A stretch of DNA of 64,000 nucleotides. Origin: a virus. Position numbers and translations under genes: made by a program. The stretch lies in the IMG/VR virus record IMGVR_UViG_3300045283_000349, positions 2,968 through 66,967 of that record; one strand, given 5' to 3'. Below, piece after piece: positions 46,238 to 54,495 of the stretch. How positions within the stretch are numbered: position 1 is the stretch's first letter; every line of letters starts with the position of its first letter. The notes under the pieces are model-generated. The model did not search any database, had not been told where the DNA came from, and saw only the letters and a list, made by a program, of their open reading frames with translations.

Positions 46238-46968
46238 CGCAGCGTGGTTTTCCTGTTCATTGTCGCGCGCGCGGCCGCGAAAGCATCCTGCGCCTGCACC
46301 TCGATCTGCCGGACCCGCTCGTGGCTGATGCCCAGGTTCTTGGCCGTCTCCGAGAGCGACGAGACGCCGGCGGCGGCGAGGTCAAGCGAGCAGGTGTGCT
46401 TCATGTCCTCGAGCGCAACGCCTGGGTGATTCAGCCGGATCGCCCCGCTGGTCGCGTGCACTTCGAGGAACAGGTGGTGCCGGCAGCTGACCCAGGGGCA
46501 GGGGCGGATCCCGCCTTCGCATTCCTCGCGGCTCTGCGGCCGCGGGTTCTCCGCGAAGAGCGCGCGCAGCTGCAGCGGCGTCAGCTCGCCATCGCTGATC
46601 CCGTCGAGTGCGGTCTGGCTCTTGGCCGAGACCCGGCCGCGCCGGCCGATCACGGGCAGCTTTACGGTCCGCATCCGCTGCAACGGCGCCGGGCCGATCG
46701 CGAACGGCAGCAGGGATCCGCGCAACACCAACAGCTGCTCGAGCCGCGCGCGGCGCGGATGGCGGAACAGGAAGGGCGCGCGCGGCCGCCGCGCCGGCAG
46801 GGACGGATCGCGGTCCTCGCGCCGGATCAACGCCACCGCTGCAGCACCACGTAACCACGGCTGACAAGGCGGCTCGGGCGGCGGCGGGGCCATAGCATGC
46901 GGCCCGACCACCGCCAGCCCCGGGCGTACAGGCACCCACGTCTCAACTGGCTGACTCGCTGGCATCAT
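46234..46968 (-). CDS. sigma-70 region-4-type HTH protein with Cys/His cluster; candidate late activator
   Basis: RP..R.EC..G.RPCPWVSCRHHL...TCSLD...SLSETAKNLGISHERVRQIE; start uncertain. Confidence 0.75.
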   Translation of the reverse strand: MMPASQPVETWVPVRPGLAVVGPHAMAPPPPEPPCQPWLRGAAAVALIRREDRDPSLPARRPRAPFLFRHPRRARLEQLLVLRGSLLPFAIGPAPLQRMRTVKLPVIGRRGRVSAKSQTALDGISDGELTPLQLRALFAENPRPQSREECEGGIRPCPWVSCRHHLFLEVHATSGAIRLNHPGVALEDMKHTCSLDLAAAGVSSLSETAKNLGISHERVRQIEVQAQDAFAAARATMNRKTTLR

Positions 46969-46998
46969 GGCGTCACCCCCTTTCTCGATACCCATGTG

Positions 46999-47038
46999 GG
47001 TACTCGCTGACATGTGGACCTGTTGACTTATTGATTGT
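46999..47038 (+). repeat. 8-bp unit array F
   Basis: GGTACTCG CTGACATG TGGACCTG TTGACTTA TTGATTGT in 8-nt phase. Confidence 0.65.
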
Positions 47039-47099
47039 GAGCTTGCATCCCAAGAAAACTCTACGGTGACGCGCAGGCGCGGCTAGCGGAAAGCGGTGA

Positions 47100-48932
47100 T
47101 CAACCCCGGCCCCCGGCTGCGGTTGGCTGGGTCTTCGCCTCAAGGCGCTCCACGCGGCCGCCCAGGCGCTGCAGGCGCTGCAGAAGCTCGAGGGCGGGGT
47201 CTGGCGCCGCGGGCGCGGGCTGGCCGACCAGGCGCAAGCCAACGACGCCGGCGCCGGGGGCGTCCGTGAAGCGCGGGGGCCATGCCCCGGCCGGGATGTG
47301 GGCGCGGCGGGGTGGGGCGGGCGGCGGCAGCGGCGCGGCGGGGGCTGGCGCGGGCGGCGCCTGGGCCGCTAGGTACTCGCGCAGGATCCGCGGCAGCGGC
47401 TGGGCGGGGTAGGCGGCACGGAATTCGGTCACCCGCTGGGCCATGACCGCGTTGACCACCGCGGCGATCGCGGGATCGGCCGGCGCGTGATACCCGAGGC
47501 CGGCGCAGTTGCGGTCCTTGCGGAAGTCGGTCCAGTCGAGTGCCCGCTGCCGGGCAGCCTCCTCGCGGCTGGGCGCGGCTGCGCGTTCGGCGCGCTCGGC
47601 CTCGATGGCGCGGGCTGTGCGCGCCGACGATGCGGCCAGAGCTTTTGCGCGCGCCTGCTTGTCGCGCTCGCGCCGCTCGGCCTCGAAATCGCGGGGCGCG
47701 CCGCGCGCCGCTGGCTTCTCGGCCTCTGGGTTTGCGGGCTTTGGGTCGGACCACTGGCGCTTGTGGAGGTAGCGCTCGAAGTAGGGGACGCCGATGCCGT
47801 CCGCCCAATGTGTGGGGACCTTCCAGGCGAGGTGTTCCATCACGCGGTCGAACAGCACCTGCTCGCCCAGCTCGGCGGCCAGCGCCAGCCAGACCCCGTG
47901 GGCTTGGATCTTGGTGCCGCGGTGGTTCGGGTAGGCCGAGAAGGCGGTCTCGAACCGGGCCGGAAAGCCGGAAGCCGGCATTGGCACGGCCGCTGGCATC
48001 CGCGGCTCCCGGGTGTGCCGCCGCCGGACGGACGCATGGGCGGCTCGGCGGGTCTCGGCTGGGTCCCGGCCTGAAAAAAGCTCGGCCTGACCCCCCCCCG
48101 TCCCCGGGGGGTTAGGGGGGATCTGATCTTCAGATCGTTCGTTCGTTCGATCCCCCGAACGAGAAGTGAATGGTTGCGCGGGGTTAACCGACTTCTCAGT
48201 GGGACGTCGGTGGGACGTCAGTGGGACGTCAGTGGGACGTCGGTGGGACGTCAGTGGGGAATCGGCGGCCTCGTCTGCAGGCTGCGCGGGTTGGAAACGG
48301 GCGAAGTTTTTGATCTGCAGCCAGGTCGGCCCGGCGCTGGGGTGGGGCACCAAATAGCCGTCTGCCAACAGTTCGCCGACCCAGCCGGCGAGCAGGCCGC
48401 GCTCGCGGATATGACGCTCGCCGCCCCAGGCCAAGCGCTGCATGATCTGGTCGGGATCGGCGTCGATCTCCCCGTCGTCGCCGGCGATGCGCAACAGCTG
48501 GTGCGCGAAGGCCTTGGTCATCATGGGCAGACGAGCGAACGAGGGCGACTCGTGGACGAAGCAGATGCGGAAGGCCCGGTGTGTGCGAATTCCGCCACCC
48601 CATCCCATGGCCGCTATTTCACTCCACGTGGGAATTTCCAGGCATCCGTCCGTTAGGACGATGAGCCCCGCGGCTTCGAGGCGCGCCAGAGCGTTGCGGA
48701 TGTAGCGATCGTCAACCTGGTTGACCCGACCGAGGACGCGGAACAGGTGGCGCTCGGCTTGCCGGAGCAGCGACAAGCTGGCTACGGCCGGAAAGTAGAT
48801 GCGGCCCTTGTGGGCGTGCGCGGTCTTCTTCATGAGGTCGAAGACCATTTGCGCGGTGGCGCCGATCTGCGCCTCTTTGCCGGTGGCCGCCCCCCGCTCG
48901 ATGCGGATAAAGGGTAGGCGGTCATACCGCAT
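47100..48932 (-). CDS. putative replication initiator protein
   Basis: winged-helix-like N-terminus, internal iterons, F..A...YP....K..A...W domain as in phage replisome organisers. Confidence 0.65.
   Translation of the reverse strand: MRYDRLPFIRIERGAATGKEAQIGATAQMVFDLMKKTAHAHKGRIYFPAVASLSLLRQAERHLFRVLGRVNQVDDRYIRNALARLEAAGLIVLTDGCLEIPTWSEIAAMGWGGGIRTHRAFRICFVHESPSFARLPMMTKAFAHQLLRIAGDDGEIDADPDQIMQRLAWGGERHIRERGLLAGWVGELLADGYLVPHPSAGPTWLQIKNFARFQPAQPADEAADSPLTSHRRPTDVPLTSHRRPTEKSVNPAQPFTSRSGDRTNERSEDQIPPNPPGTGGGQAELFSGRDPAETRRAAHASVRRRHTREPRMPAAVPMPASGFPARFETAFSAYPNHRGTKIQAHGVWLALAAELGEQVLFDRVMEHLAWKVPTHWADGIGVPYFERYLHKRQWSDPKPANPEAEKPAARGAPRDFEAERRERDKQARAKALAASSARTARAIEAERAERAAAPSREEAARQRALDWTDFRKDRNCAGLGYHAPADPAIAAVVNAVMAQRVTEFRAAYPAQPLPRILREYLAAQAPPAPAPAAPLPPPAPPRRAHIPAGAWPPRFTDAPGAGVVGLRLVGQPAPAAPDPALELLQRLQRLGGRVERLEAKTQPTAAGGRG
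48197..48260. repeat. 11-bp tandem repeat C[A/G]GTGGGACGT, five copies plus a partial; iteron-like origin
   Basis: read directly; lies inside the putative rep gene. Confidence 0.85.
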
Positions 48933-49126
48933 GGACGGGCCTCGATGGCGCCACGCAACAAGCTAATGAAATTGCTTGCTTACGTGACAGTTCACAACCC
49001 GGAAAAATAATAATTCGGGCGAGGCTGTGGTAGCCTCTTTCGAGTTCACGGCGTCGGCGCATTGGAGTTCACGGCTCCTTGATTGGCTGGGGTGCTAGCC
49101 CCTGTTGAATGCACAGATGCCTGGGC

Positions 49127-49194
49127 CGCGAACCCCTCGTCTCGTGCTTCAGGCTGGGCGGCCTGTCGCGCAAAAAAGGGACGAGGGGTTCGCG
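49127..49194. repeat. perfect 15-bp inverted repeat upstream of rep
   Basis: CGCGAACCCCTCGTC-N38-GACGAGGGGTTCGCG. Confidence 0.85.
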
Positions 49195-49513
49195 CCTGGT
49201 TCGTTGCGCTGATCCCCCCGTGCGGCCGGTCAGCACCGGCGCAGTGGTGGTAGTGTCGAGGAATCGGATCGCGATCGGCGGCGCCGCGTGGAACGTCTGA
49301 GATGCATGGCCGCCGGTCAGATGGCATCGATGCTGACTCCGAACCCCTACCGGGGCTGGTCTATTAGCACAACAGGTGAGAGTGGCTCTATTCGAGCCGT
49401 TTCCCCGATTGCGCTACGGTTGGCGCGAGAGGTTCATCCCGCCGCCGCATCGTCAAGCAAGGTCGCTGACGAGATCAACGTCAAAGCGTTCCCGCTGAAA
49501 AAAGACGACGGTG

Positions 49514-49903
49514 TCAGCGCCGCGTCTGGGTCTTGTTGCGCCTGGCTACCCAGGCCCGGGCCTCCTTTTCGTGATCGAGCCAAAAGTCGAGTGCGTCGCG
49601 CAACACCGCGCTGAGATCGAACTTGTTGGTGTAGCCGAGCTGCTTGCGCTCCCAGGCGTGGTTGTCGAGCGCCTTGCGGTGTCGGTCGGCGATCGAGAAG
49701 GACGTGTAGATCTTCGCCGGCATCGGCTCGAGCTCGGCGCCGTCAGCGGGAGCGGCCTCTTTGCGGGCGCGCTTGGCCCGCGCGCCGGTCGACCCCAGGA
49801 TGAAGTCGGGCTCGGTTGCTCGCTTGGCCGCAGCGGCCCCCACGGTCTCTGCCATCTGCTCTGCCGATCGCTTTGCCACGCGCACCCTTTCAGCGGCTCG
49901 CAA
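49514..49903 (-). CDS. putative centromere-binding protein (ParG-like, C-terminal RHH)
   Basis: follows parA; flexible N-terminus then IYTSFSI strand and helices (DLSAVLRDALD). Confidence 0.6.
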   Translation of the reverse strand: MRAAERVRVAKRSAEQMAETVGAAAAKRATEPDFILGSTGARAKRARKEAAPADGAELEPMPAKIYTSFSIADRHRKALDNHAWERKQLGYTNKFDLSAVLRDALDFWLDHEKEARAWVARRNKTQTRR

Positions 49904-50657
49904 GCCGCGCCTTCGTCTCTTTCAAAATCGCCGTGTAGTCCTCGGCCCCGCGCGGGTCGGCGCCGTGGTCGAAGGCCACCGCGCCGGTCTCTGGCAGCTT
50001 CTTGCCCGCGGTCGACAGCCGGACCTCCGCATTGAACAGGCGGGCCGCGCCCAGCTGGCGGACGCTGGCCCGGGTCCCCTCGGTCACGCCTTCCCGATCA
50101 TCGCCGCCGAAGATGACCGCGCCGGTGATATCCACCTTCACGCGCGCGCGGGCGCGGATCTGGTCGACCAGCTTGCGGATGTCGACCAGGCCGTTGATGC
50201 CCATAAAACCAGGCAACACCGGCACAAGGACGCTATCCGAGGCGAAGATCGCGGACTGGGTCAGGAAGGCCACCCCGGGCGGGCAGTCGAACACCACGAG
50301 ATCGAAGACCTTGCGGTGTGGCTTGAGGATCTCGCGCAGCACGGTCTCGCGACCGAAGGTCTGCGACAGCGTCGCCTCCACGGTCTGCAGGCCGTTCGAG
50401 GCTCGCGCCATGTAGAGACCGGGCCGGGCCTCGATGTGGTCGATGTGCTCCTGCTCGAGGGCGCCTTGCACCATGGCCTCGGCGATCCCCTTGGGCGCGC
50501 GGCCCCCCAGCAGCCAGGTGCTGGCGTGGGCCCCGTGGTCGAGGTCGGCCAGCAGCACGCGCTCGCCTGCGGCGGCGGCGCCGGCGGCGATGTGCACAGC
50601 GAGCGATGTCTTGCCGACCCCGCCCTTGCCGCTGGCCACCGCGATCGAGCGCATCAC
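49890..50657 (-). CDS. parA: ParA partition ATPase (type Ib)
   Basis: KGGVGKTS, LADLD, VFDCPP; no N-terminal HTH. Confidence 0.93.
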   Translation of the reverse strand: MMRSIAVASGKGGVGKTSLAVHIAAGAAAAGERVLLADLDHGAHASTWLLGGRAPKGIAEAMVQGALEQEHIDHIEARPGLYMARASNGLQTVEATLSQTFGRETVLREILKPHRKVFDLVVFDCPPGVAFLTQSAIFASDSVLVPVLPGFMGINGLVDIRKLVDQIRARARVKVDITGAVIFGGDDREGVTEGTRASVRQLGAARLFNAEVRLSTAGKKLPETGAVAFDHGADPRGAEDYTAILKETKARLASR

Positions 50658-50875
50658 TCGTCCTTGGCTTTGGCCGCTCTGGGCCCTTTGCGTCTCTCGG
50701 CGGCGAATCGCTCGACATCGGCTCGCTTCATGAACCGGGTGCCCCGGGTCGTCAACATGCAGGGCAAAACGCCGTTGTCGCAGAAGTCGCGGACGGTCTC
50801 GGCCGACACCATCAGGATGTGCGAGGCGTCCGTGGTTCCGACGATCTCCTCCTGGTCAGGCTTCTTCTTTGGCAT
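50654..50875 (-). CDS. MerR/excisionase-like HTH protein
   Basis: TTDASHILMVSAETVR..CDNG.LP...T..G.R. Confidence 0.75.
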   Translation of the reverse strand: MPKKKPDQEEIVGTTDASHILMVSAETVRDFCDNGVLPCMLTTRGTRFMKRADVERFAAERRKGPRAAKAKDE

Positions 50876-50988
50876 GGCCGGCAAGGCAGCTCTCCTGTGG
50901 TGAGGGGTTGGTTCCAATGGTTGAGAAACCCCAACCAAGGTGCTGCGAGATTTGATCCGCTGCGGCCCGGAGTCAACTTTTCTTCTGC

Positions 50989-51025
50989 CGAAACCTTGAG
51001 GGTGGCCCAGGCCGCGCCGCACGAT
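50989..51025 (+). promoter_or_regulatory. phage late promoter, copy 7
   Basis: CGAAACC TTGAGG N18 CACGAT N7 ATG. Confidence 0.75.
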
Positions 51026-51032
51026 GGGCCGC

Positions 51033-51443
51033 ATGCGAACCCCTCAAGCAACGCTCCGCACCCTGCTGGCCCTGGTGGTTCTCTGGTTGGCGCCGCTGGC
51101 GCTGGTCCCGGCCTGCAAGACCACGGGCATCGGCGGCGTCGGCGCGAAAATCGTTGACTGCGCCGAGAAGGCCATCCGCGACAAGGCCATGACCTACCTC
51201 GGGAAGGTCAACGACATCCTGAGCAACACGGGCGTGACCGACCAGACGGCCGAGTCCCGGCTGATCGACCTCGGGGTCGAGGCGGGCGAGGACGTGATCG
51301 GCTGCCTGCTGACGGACCAGGCGCCGAAATTCGCCGAGGCCGCGGCGGGCAACCCGACCGATCAGGTGGCCAAGGCGGCGGCGAAGAGATCGCAGACCCG
51401 GCTCGAGGAGCTACAGGCCGCCGGCTGGCGCTTCACCAAATGA
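51033..51443 (+). CDS. late lipoprotein-like membrane protein (spanin candidate)
   Basis: hydrophobic signal ending LVPA-C; under late promoter. Confidence 0.55.
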   Translation: MRTPQATLRTLLALVVLWLAPLALVPACKTTGIGGVGAKIVDCAEKAIRDKAMTYLGKVNDILSNTGVTDQTAESRLIDLGVEAGEDVIGCLLTDQAPKFAEAAAGNPTDQVAKAAAKRSQTRLEELQAAGWRFTK

Positions 51444-51862
51444 CCCTAAACCAGCTGCGCAAACGCGGGATCCAATTGCACTCACCGCAATACCAGGCCG
51501 CGCGGCTCGCGATCAAAGGGCTCTCGCAGGTGCTGATCGCCAACGAGCTGGGCATCAGCGCAAGCGCGGTGGGCCTGTTGATCGAGGAGGCCGAGGCGGT
51601 GCTGGGCGAGAAGTTGCCACGGACGTCTGGGCTGACGTCGCACGCCCACACGCCCGAGCTGGTCGCGCGCCACCGCCGGCGCCTGGCCAAGAAGGCAGAG
51701 ATGCCCGACGTCGACGTGGCGCCCGGGACGATCGAGACCTGCGGCTTCTGCGGGCTGCGCTGGCACAGCGAGGACTGGCCGAACGGTCAACCACGCTGCG
51801 ATCTCAAGATCAGGCGGCTGCACGAGGCGTACATCGGCAGCGCGCTGGGCGCGGAGACCTAG
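51440..51862 (+). CDS. HTH protein with C-terminal Cys motif
   Basis: GLSQVLIANELGISASAV; CGFC. Confidence 0.65.
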   Translation: MTLNQLRKRGIQLHSPQYQAARLAIKGLSQVLIANELGISASAVGLLIEEAEAVLGEKLPRTSGLTSHAHTPELVARHRRRLAKKAEMPDVDVAPGTIETCGFCGLRWHSEDWPNGQPRCDLKIRRLHEAYIGSALGAET

Positions 51863-52105
51863 ATGGCCAGTGTCATGGGCAAGTGCCGCAGCTGCGGCAA
51901 GGAGCTGATCTGGGCGAACACCGCGGCCGGCAAGAAGATGCCGCTCGAGGCCTGCTCGCTCGCCGAGGGCAACCTCAGGATCGATCAACACGGGATCGCC
52001 CGCGTGGGCAAGGTCGGCACCGGGCCGTACCGATCACATTTCGCAACCTGTCCGAGCGCCGCTGACTGGCGCAAGGGCAACTCGGACGGAGGAGACGCGG
52101 CATGA
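51863..52105 (+). CDS. small Zn-binding phage protein
   Basis: CRSCG..LIW....GK.MPL...SHFATCP. Confidence 0.7.
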   Translation: MASVMGKCRSCGKELIWANTAAGKKMPLEACSLAEGNLRIDQHGIARVGKVGTGPYRSHFATCPSAADWRKGNSDGGDAA

Positions 52106-52674
52106 ACATCGAGCTGAGCATCAACGCCACGATCGCGAAGATCACCCTGCGCGTGCGGCAAAAGGATGACGTTGTCCGCCGCATCTGCAGCGTCGCCTTC
52201 GAGCGCGAGTTCGACAGCACCATCGCCTCGGCGCTGGGCGAGGACGCCCGCCAGGCGCTCGAGTCGTTGCACACGCACGGCATCACCGAGGTCAAGATCC
52301 CGCTCGACGACATCCAGGCCCGCTGCAAGCTGACGGCGGGCGATTTGCCTGATTCGCCGAAGGTCGAGATCATGCACATGCGCGGGATCAAGGCGGTGGG
52401 CACGGTCAAGAGCGGCGATGCGGCCCCGCCCATGATCCGCCTGCACTTCGAGTTCGACTTCGCCGAGGCCCCCTGGGTCTTCGTGGGCCGGCACTGCCTC
52501 TCCTGGGTGGACGCGCAGATCACGGCCCTGCAGGCCGAGCTGCCGCTGACCGCCTCGGCCGAGCCGCCCAAGCCCAACGGCAAGGGCAAGCGCAAGGGCA
52601 AGAAGGCCGACGAGGACGGCGAGGGCCACGACGAGGGCGACCGGTACGTGCCGGGCCCGGGCGAGGCGTTCTGA
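52102..52674 (+). CDS. hypothetical protein
   Basis: 190-aa ORF, ATGA-coupled. Confidence 0.7.
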   Translation: MNIELSINATIAKITLRVRQKDDVVRRICSVAFEREFDSTIASALGEDARQALESLHTHGITEVKIPLDDIQARCKLTAGDLPDSPKVEIMHMRGIKAVGTVKSGDAAPPMIRLHFEFDFAEAPWVFVGRHCLSWVDAQITALQAELPLTASAEPPKPNGKGKRKGKKADEDGEGHDEGDRYVPGPGEAF

Positions 52675-52925
52675 TGGACCCCGTGGCCAAGGTCGGCGCG
52701 ACTGGAATCGTCGCTCTGTGGTGCTGGATCAAGTCTCTCGTCTGCAGGGTGGTCGGCCACGAGGAGCGCTCGTTCGTTGTCGGCTCTTGGGCGCTCGGCC
52801 GACTGATCCCATACCACCGCTGCAACCGCTGCTGGCGGATCGTCGAGATCCCGGTCCCCCCGCTGCCCGAGAGCGGGCCGTTCCTCGACTGCGCGGCCTA
52901 CCTGAGATCGAGGCAGGGCGAGTGA
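52674..52925 (+). CDS. hypothetical protein
   Basis: LVCRVVGH...CNRC. Confidence 0.55.
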   Translation: MDPVAKVGATGIVALWCWIKSLVCRVVGHEERSFVVGSWALGRLIPYHRCNRCWRIVEIPVPPLPESGPFLDCAAYLRSRQGE

Positions 52926-53147
52926 CCAAGCTCGAAGACTTCCACCTCAACCGGCGTCGAGGCCGGCTACGCGCAGGGCCTGCCGCGCAAGCGCCGGCGC
53001 GCGCTGCTGGCAGCGTTCCGCCGCAAGAGCTTCAAGGAGCGCGAGGCGGTGGTGGGCAGGATCAAGGCCGAGGCGGCGCGCGAGATCGCCAAGAAGGTCG
53101 AGCAGGCACGCTTTCGCCACAGCATCACAGGAACGGGGGAACCATGA
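52922..53147 (+). pseudogene. basic hypothetical protein with apparent 1-nt insertion
   Basis: GTG ACC...CTC then +1 frame ACC GGC GTC GAG... to TGA overlapping the next ATG. Confidence 0.5.
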
Positions 53148-53458
53148 CCGATTACAGTTGGCTGGCAGAGGCTCCTGGCCTTCAGGAGTGGGTCGAGCAG
53201 CACAAGGCGGATGCGCCGCCGCCCCTTCGGCTCGAGGTCGCCAAGTTCGGCGAGGATCGCTGGCACGCCAGCGTGGTCGAGATCGAGGGCGCCGAGGGCT
53301 ACCGGGCGACCATCCAGGATTCCATCATCACCGCGGCCGCCCAGGCGCTGCAGGCCCTCGGACGTCAGATGATGAACGGCGCACCGGAGGCCATCGATCG
53401 GGGCTTGAGACTGTTCGACATCGTGGAGCCGAAGCCGGATCCGGAGACGAAGCCTTGA
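53144..53458 (+). CDS. hypothetical protein
   Basis: GGGGG SD; ATG 53144. Confidence 0.6.
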   Translation: MTDYSWLAEAPGLQEWVEQHKADAPPPLRLEVAKFGEDRWHASVVEIEGAEGYRATIQDSIITAAAQALQALGRQMMNGAPEAIDRGLRLFDIVEPKPDPETKP

Positions 53459-54180
53459 CTGGTGCCACGGTCCCGCACATCGCGGTCGTCCTGCACGTGC
53501 TCGACGATCCCGAGTTGACCAAGCAGGCGGCGCTCTGGACCGAGGCCTGCCGGATCCAGATGGAGAAGCACGTCGCGGTGGCCTGGCAGGGCTTCGCGCC
53601 GGCGCCGGGCGTGTTCTTCTACGGCACGGCCGCGGCCATTCCCAACGACCAGGCGGCCATCGTCGGCATCTTCGCCGACGCCGGCCAGGCCGACGCCGCT
53701 GGCTACCACTCGATCAGCTCGGACCTTGTGTTCGGCGCGGTCGACCTGTCGCGCTCGGAGAACCCATCCCGGACGCTCTCGCACGAATGCTGCGAGATCT
53801 TCGGCAACGCCTTTCTCGACTTCTGGGTGCCGGGGCCCGTGCCCGGGCGCGAGTACGCCCACGAGCTGTCAGACCCGGTCGAGGCCAACGACTATCAGAT
53901 CGCGGTCGACGTCATGGGCGAGAAGGCCAGCATCACCGTGGCCGACTTCGTCACGCCGGCCTGGTTCGATCCGAAGCTCACCGGGCTGCACAGCTGGTGC
54001 AACTCGGTCGACAAGGCCTTCATGATCGCGCCGGGCGGCTACCAGGTCGCGCGCGAGGGCGACAACATCCTGTATCTGCCGGCGCACGGTGAGGCCATCG
54101 GCCGCGCCACCATCACGCGCCCCCTGTCCCGAACGAAGCTCATCTCGGACGGCGTCCGGGTGAAGCGGAAAGGCCCGTGA
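53455..54180 (+). CDS. zincin-like metalloprotein
   Basis: AGYHS...TLSHECCE...ELSDPVE. Confidence 0.6.
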   Translation: MTGATVPHIAVVLHVLDDPELTKQAALWTEACRIQMEKHVAVAWQGFAPAPGVFFYGTAAAIPNDQAAIVGIFADAGQADAAGYHSISSDLVFGAVDLSRSENPSRTLSHECCEIFGNAFLDFWVPGPVPGREYAHELSDPVEANDYQIAVDVMGEKASITVADFVTPAWFDPKLTGLHSWCNSVDKAFMIAPGGYQVAREGDNILYLPAHGEAIGRATITRPLSRTKLISDGVRVKRKGP

Positions 54181-54341
54181 TGCTGAACCTGTTGATCTGT
54201 GCCCTGGTTGCCGCCCTCGGCGGCGTCGCCTTCTCGGCCACCAAGGAGAACCAGCTGGTCAAGGAGTACGGCCGGGCCGCGATGGTCGCCGGTTTCGTCG
54301 TAGGGCTTGCGGTGGCGGTGTTCGGTCCGCGGCTGCACTGA
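54180..54341 (+). CDS. 53-aa two-TM membrane protein (holin candidate)
   Basis: MLNLLICALVAALGG...VVGLAVAVFGPRLH; not in the ORF track. Confidence 0.5.
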   Translation: MLNLLICALVAALGGVAFSATKENQLVKEYGRAAMVAGFVVGLAVAVFGPRLH

Positions 54342-54495
54342 TCTTCGACCAGGGCGCGCCGGTCGGGATCAGCAGGGTGTGGTTGCCGTCGTGCCCCTCA
54401 GGCAGCCCGCATTGCACCCGCGGGTTGATGGGCGGCTCGTCCCACGGCGTGAACGATGGGCAGCGGCCGGGGCCATCAACGAGGCGCTTCGTCAC
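54259..54495 (-). CDS. hypothetical protein
   Basis: CGLPEGHDGNH; GTGA-coupled. Confidence 0.45.
   Translation of the reverse strand: MTKRLVDGPGRCPSFTPWDEPPINPRVQCGLPEGHDGNHTLLIPTGAPWSKISAAADRTPPPQALRRNRRPSRPGRTP

Noticed and set aside
48197-48260. CRISPR-like array
   Set aside because: 11-bp units are contiguous with no spacers; no cas genes present
48711-48725. Palindrome GTCAACC-T-GGTTGAC in rep
   Set aside because: Explained by codons for VNQVD; single occurrence
49352-49408. tRNA-like element (GGGG...TTCGAGCC...CCCC)
   Set aside because: Too short; no D or anticodon arm
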